Part shown: in pieces, positions 28,080 through 32,000 of the stretch
How the letters are laid out: every line of letters starts with the position of its first letter
Numbering within the stretch: position 1 is the stretch's first letter
Source: Pyrodictium abyssi
GTDB taxonomy: Archaea; Thermoproteota; Thermoprotei_A; Sulfolobales; Pyrodictiaceae
DNA: 32,000 bases
Reading direction: 5' to 3'
Assembly (NCBI RefSeq): GCF_036323395.1
Contig: NZ_AP028907.1
Coordinates: 1,590,001-1,622,000 of the forward strand
Notes under the pieces: generated by a model
Told to the model about the DNA's origin: nothing
The model's database searches: none
Seen by the model: only the letters and a program-made list of their open reading frames with translations
Program-made: the position numbers and the translations under genes

Positions 28080-28238
28080 AGGATCAGTTACGACAGAGTA
28101 GCCGACGCGTTATACATCAAGTTGAGGGGCGACGAGGTTGCTGACTCAGACGAGGTGGCTCCTGGTATAATAGTGGACTTCAACGATAAGGGGGAGATTG
28201 TCGGAATAGAAGTGCTGGGGTTTCCCGTAAGAGAATAG
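28080..28238 (+). pseudogene. DUF2283-family protein (antitoxin-like), apparent start-codon frameshift
   Basis: RISYDRVADALYIKLRGDEVADSDEVAPGIIVDFNDKGEIVGIEVLGFPVRE*; immediately preceded by TGA in frame (…GAGATGAAGG…), so an expected ATG AGG ATC start is off by one base. Confidence 0.6.
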
Positions 28239-28287
28239 ACCTGGCAAAACTAGTTGTAGAAGGTCTTGAAACGTTGGTGGCCAGCAC

Positions 28288-28530
28288 TTGAAGATACGCT
28301 GCACGTTTCACGCGATAGAGCGTATGCGGCAGCGAGGTATAAAACGAGAAGAGGTCGAAGACTGTCTAGATGACCCCGATAGAATTCTTGAGGTCGAAGA
28401 ACTCAAGTGCGTAAAGAGATTGAACGGTAAGGTCCTAGTAGTGGTTTATAGGAAGGATGCCGACGCAGTCGTAGTCATAACGGCCTTCCGTTCATCAAAG
28501 CTGCACAGGTACTTGCAGACAGCGCTATAA
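28288..28530 (+). CDS. DUF4258-family protein (putative toxin-like)
   Basis: MKIRCTFHAIERMRQRGIKREEVEDCLDDPDRILEVEELKCVKRLNGKVLVVVYRKDADAVVVITAF; TTG start. Confidence 0.75.
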   Translation: MKIRCTFHAIERMRQRGIKREEVEDCLDDPDRILEVEELKCVKRLNGKVLVVVYRKDADAVVVITAFRSSKLHRYLQTAL

Positions 28531-28796
28531 ATCAAAAAGACTCCCAAATTATCGCCGGAGCCTCCGCTGAGGCTCTAGGCCGAGAACTGCAGCCTGTATG
28601 CAGGGGTGTATGAGGGCTAAAGCTGCTCGGCACTACTAGTGTAGAGCTGGCTCTCTGTATAGCTGATGTCAAGCCGTACCGGGGACTGGGTAAGAACAAG
28701 GATACTTAAGCGTCCATGGGCAAGGTCGGTTTATATACTGGGGTTGTATACGCTACTGTATACGGTTGTGTAGACTAGAATGGAGGGTCTGCGGTC

Positions 28797-29021
28797 TTGT
28801 CCTCTGATGTCGTCTCGGTGCGTGTCCCTAAAGAGCTGAAGGAGAAGATGAGAAAGTACGATATCGACTGGGCTGAGGAGATAAGAAAATTCCTTGAGAA
28901 GCGTGTTAAGAGCCTAGAGGCACTAGAAGTCCTAGAGGCCGTCGGAGCCCGGGCCCAGAAGAGGAGAACCCGTTTCGACTCCGCCAGGGTTATCAGAGAA
29001 GCCAGGGACGAGCATTGGTAG
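28797..29021 (+). CDS. vapB: VapB-family antitoxin
   Basis: MSSDVVSVRVPKELKEKMRKYDIDWAEEIRKFLEKRVKSLEALE; overlaps the PIN toxin gene. Confidence 0.85.
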   Translation: MSSDVVSVRVPKELKEKMRKYDIDWAEEIRKFLEKRVKSLEALEVLEAVGARAQKRRTRFDSARVIREARDEHW

Positions 29022-29440
29022 TGCTTGACGCTTCGTTCATAGCGAAGATTCTGCTCGAGGAGGAGGGCTCGGAGAAGGCACGGAGACTCCTACGGGACTG
29101 GATCCTCCGGGACGAGGGGCTTGTAACAGTTGACCTGGCGTTCTCGGAGGTTCTCAACGCCCTATGGAAGCATGCAGCGGTACTCGGCGACCTAGAGCCT
29201 GGGGAGGCTCTTGAGGCAGCAAAAGACCTTACCCGTGTCTGGCGCCTGCTGGATGTGTCCATGGCTGCTGGGCTAGCCGTAGAGGCTCTCAGGCTAGCAC
29301 TAGAGGAGGGCATCACAGCCTATGATGCTCTATACTTGGCGCTCGCGCTGAAACGGAGAACAAGCCTAGCAACCTTCGACACCAGGCTAGCCGAGACGGC
29401 TAGGAAGAGAGGAGTACCAGTCTACGGGCTAGAAGAGTAG
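29015..29440 (+). CDS. vapC: VapC-family PIN-domain toxin
   Basis: MVVLDASFIAKILLEEEGSEKA, conserved acidic residues, GITAYDALYLALALKRRTSLATFDTRLAETARKRG. Confidence 0.9.
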   Translation: MVVLDASFIAKILLEEEGSEKARRLLRDWILRDEGLVTVDLAFSEVLNALWKHAAVLGDLEPGEALEAAKDLTRVWRLLDVSMAAGLAVEALRLALEEGITAYDALYLALALKRRTSLATFDTRLAETARKRGVPVYGLEE

Positions 29441-29829
29441 CATTGTAAACCCTACAAGACAATAGCTAACTGTATCGTCTCTGCTGCGGGCTGCCGAGCA
29501 AGGCATAACAAGATAGGAACCGTAGTTGTCCGCAACGCTGCGCTAGATTGTAATGAGGTGCTGTCAACGGCTTGGCCATCTGCGTGACATAACAGTGTAC
29601 ACCATCGTATATGGAGCATGCTCGGAGGCCCATGTAGCGGTGCCATATCCTGTTTGTGCTTCAAATGTGTCTTCTCTCGGCTGATACCGGCTACCCGCGT
29701 CTTCACGCGTTCCAGGGGTTTAGACGGGCTCCTGAAGGTGTCCTTGGACACTATCCCGAATGGGGCCGGGGATGGTTGAGTAGTTTTCGGTTTTCTGCCT
29801 AGAACTCTCTTTGTTCATGGTTGGTGGGG

Positions 29830-30546
29830 CTAGGGTTCTAGTAGCTCGGTGCCGGTTCTTGCCAGCTCTATTACTGTGCGGCGGCTCTGGGCTGTGAGCT
29901 TGGCGGCTGAGAGTAGGCGGCGGCTGAGCCTGCTGGCTAGCTTTAGGGCCTCGCGTAGCAGCTCTACCTCGGGGCCGTCGTAGCCTAGCTCCTCGGCGCG
30001 GCGTAGCAGCCTCGCTGCTAGCTCTAGCTCGTTGAAGGCCAGTGCGCGTAGCCTGGCGAGCTCGGTGCGGGCTAGCCGGGGCTTGGCTGCTAGGCGGCGT
30101 AGCTCCTCGAGCATGCCCGGGGGGTCTAGGCTCGCTATCTGTATCCTTAGCAGCTCTGTCTCCGGGTCTAGGGGCTCTTCCTTGTCGCCCTCCAGCGGGG
30201 GCTCTGTGGCGTCTACGCCCTGGTCGTAGGCGTCGAGGGCCTCCACCACGGCGTCTAGGTCGAGGAAGCGCCACCAGTGCTGGTTGCTGCTCCGGTAGCT
30301 GGTCTCGATGACCCCGTAGTCACGCTCCAGTACGCGGAGGAGCATCGAAGGGTTGTAGTCTATGCCCCAGGCCTTTAGCCGGGCTACGACCTCCCGGTGG
30401 CTGAAGTCGCCTAGGCGGACCCCGCGGCGCCCCTGAGTGGACAGGGCGGCGTCTACCGCGGCGCGGAGTACGGCATACCCTCTCTCCCCGTACTCCGCGA
30501 GGAACTCTAGCACTCTCTCCCGGATACCGGGCGCCGCGGAGCCCAT
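29830..30546 (-). CDS. conserved hypothetical protein (crenarchaeal), helix-rich with possible wHTH N-terminus
   Basis: Start MGSAAPGIRERVLEFLAEYGERGYAVLRAAVDAALSTQGRRGVRLGDFSHREVVARLKAWG; the longer track ORF (to 30651) has a low-complexity, unlikely N-terminus. Confidence 0.6.
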   Translation of the reverse strand: MGSAAPGIRERVLEFLAEYGERGYAVLRAAVDAALSTQGRRGVRLGDFSHREVVARLKAWGIDYNPSMLLRVLERDYGVIETSYRSSNQHWWRFLDLDAVVEALDAYDQGVDATEPPLEGDKEEPLDPETELLRIQIASLDPPGMLEELRRLAAKPRLARTELARLRALAFNELELAARLLRRAEELGYDGPEVELLREALKLASRLSRRLLSAAKLTAQSRRTVIELARTGTELLEP

Positions 30547-30952
30547 AGCAGGCACCTTAGCTAGCAGCGGGCTGGCGGGTCGAAGTGGGAGGGGCCCCGG
30601 GCCCCCTACACTAGTAGTACAGTTGGCGGGGCTAGAAGCCAGATACACCAATGAAGGGGCCCCTACACGAAGACCCCGGGGTACTACCAGCGTAGCAGCC
30701 CAGGATCACCGCCGGGGCCTAGCGGCATACTCTGGGGCGGAGGAGAATCGCCCCTAGGCCCTTGGTGGCGGGGGTGCTTGGCTTCGAGGGCCCCTGGAGG
30801 CTCTAATTCTGGGGTCAATGGCGTCTGCCTGGCCTGTTTTGTTGCCGGCTGGTTGTCTATGGGGAGCCGTAGCGCGTTGTCCATGGTTTTGAGGGGGTTC
30901 GGTGGACAAGCTAATGAGGGATGCTAGTGCTCTAGGGGTGGAGGGGTTGTAG

Positions 30953-31205
30953 TTGTCCTATAGCGGGCTTGCCGAGATACTGAGGAGGGAGCGGGTGCAC
31001 TACCCCGGACCCGGAGAAGCTGTTCCTTGTGCTTGGGCTCTTCCTCTCTGGTAGGATCTCGGCTGGTAAGGCTGCGGAGCTGCTAGGCCTCCGCGTAGAC
31101 GAGTTCTACCGGCTGCTCATGAGGCTCGGTATAGAGTACAGCATCTACGACGAGGGAGAGGCTCTGGAGGAGCTGGAGGCCTATGAGAGAGTCTTCAGGG
31201 CCTAG
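30953..31205 (+). pseudogene. UPF0175-family antitoxin with apparent +1 frameshift
   Basis: TTG start: MSYSGLAEILRRERVHYP in one frame, then DPEKLFLVLGLFLSGRISAGKAAELLGLRVDEFYRLLMRLGIEYSIYDEGEALEELEAYERVFRA* in another; removing one C from TACCCCGGACCCG restores the gene. Confidence 0.65.
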
Positions 31206-31679
31206 AGTGGTGCTCAACTCGTCTCCTATCATCCTGCTTGCTAAGCTGGGGCTTCTCCGGAGCGCTGTAGAACTCTTCAGTGAAGTCGAAGTCCCTGAGG
31301 CTGTTGTCGAGGAGGTGAACAGGAAACGTGATGAAGCCAGCCAGGAGCTAACAAGGCTCATTGAGGAGGGGCTGGTCAAAGTCGAGCATGTCGGGAGGAT
31401 GCTGCCCAGGCTTGGCCGCGGCGAATCCAGGTAATACTCCTTGCAATGGCGAGAAACAAGGCAGTTGTCCTGGATGACCGCCGGGCCAGGAGGCTAGCTA
31501 GGGAGCTAGGGCTGGAGGTCATCGGGACACTCGCTATACTGCGGAGGCTCTACGAGACCGGGATTCTCCGTGTCACACCGTCTAAACTGTATCAGAGGCT
31601 ACTTGGCCTAGGATTCTACATCGATAAGGAATTATTCAATAGGGTAGTCGGCCCCACTGTGCCCGATAACGATGACTAA
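31183..31679 (+). pseudogene. DUF3368/PIN-like toxin split by a frameshift
   Basis: VVLNSSPIILLAKLGLLRSAVELFSEVEVPEAVVEEV...GRMLPRLGRGESR* (to 31434) continues in another frame as ILLAMARNKAVVLDDRRARRLARELGLEVIGTLAILRRLYETG (to 31679). Confidence 0.7.
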
Positions 31680-32000
31680 TGGGGAGTAGGAGACGAGGCA
31701 TTCGTGTCTAGCCTTCCCCCTCCCCCGTCTACGTGCTACGTGTATTTGCTAGTGGCTTGAGGGCTTCATTGTTCTTGGGCTGCTTCGCTGGCGTCTGCTT
31801 GGGCCTGTGTGACGGAGTAGCCTGGCTATCGGCTATGAATGACCCAAGGCCGTAGGGTCTTGACGCCGCTGCTCCTATACTATAGGCCCGTAGGCCCGTT
31901 TATGGCCGCCTTTTGAGGGTATGGCGGGCTAGCCCATGGCACCATATACCCTGGCATCTTGTACGGGCCTACGGCTAGCCACCTCTAACCATAATTATTG

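Noticed and set aside
29452-30274. ORFs 29452..29751(-) and 29720..30274(-)
   Set aside because: The first has no motif or coding character; the second is a Pro/Arg/Ala-rich out-of-frame ORF overlapping the better conserved 29830..30546 gene.
1-32000. CRISPR array, tRNA or rRNA genes
   Set aside because: No regularly spaced repeats and no recognisable tRNA T-arm/anticodon-arm or rRNA sequence seen by eye; tRNAscan-SE would be decisive.

Overview
This is a hyperthermophilic crenarchaeal chromosome window (Desulfurococcales-like by protein style; GC-rich, TTG/GTG starts, TATA boxes, GGTG-type SD). Most of it is ordinary: an Opp/Dpp transporter (2 permeases and 1 ATPase), ThiD-ThiN, three ABC export systems, QueF-like archaeosine synthase, a nucleotidyltransferase, a thioesterase, a COG4880-type beta-propeller protein, a leucyl aminopeptidase, NfeD and SPFH proteins, and a methyltransferase. 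Two regions stand out. (1) A sharply A+T-rich island (~18.65-20.21 kb) holds a radical SAM/SPASM-like protein. Upstream on the same strand is an ORF absent from the supplied track (18920-19054), preceded by a TATA-like element and a GGTGA motif. It encodes the 44-aa peptide MHAQVAIQINKPINKPNTENMYIIAPFQRPIRIAPVIGKGPCDC, a plausible RiPP precursor with a C-terminal Cys-Asp-Cys. The island ends abruptly inside a vapB-like antitoxin gene, truncating both the SPASM region and the antitoxin. (2) 27.6-31.7 kb is a toxin-antitoxin/nuclease 'graveyard': one intact VapBC, a DUF2283/DUF4258 pair, a UPF0175/DUF3368 pair with an apparent frameshift in each gene, and a nuclease-like remnant with an in-frame stop. 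Family assignments are by motif recognition only; no searches were run.
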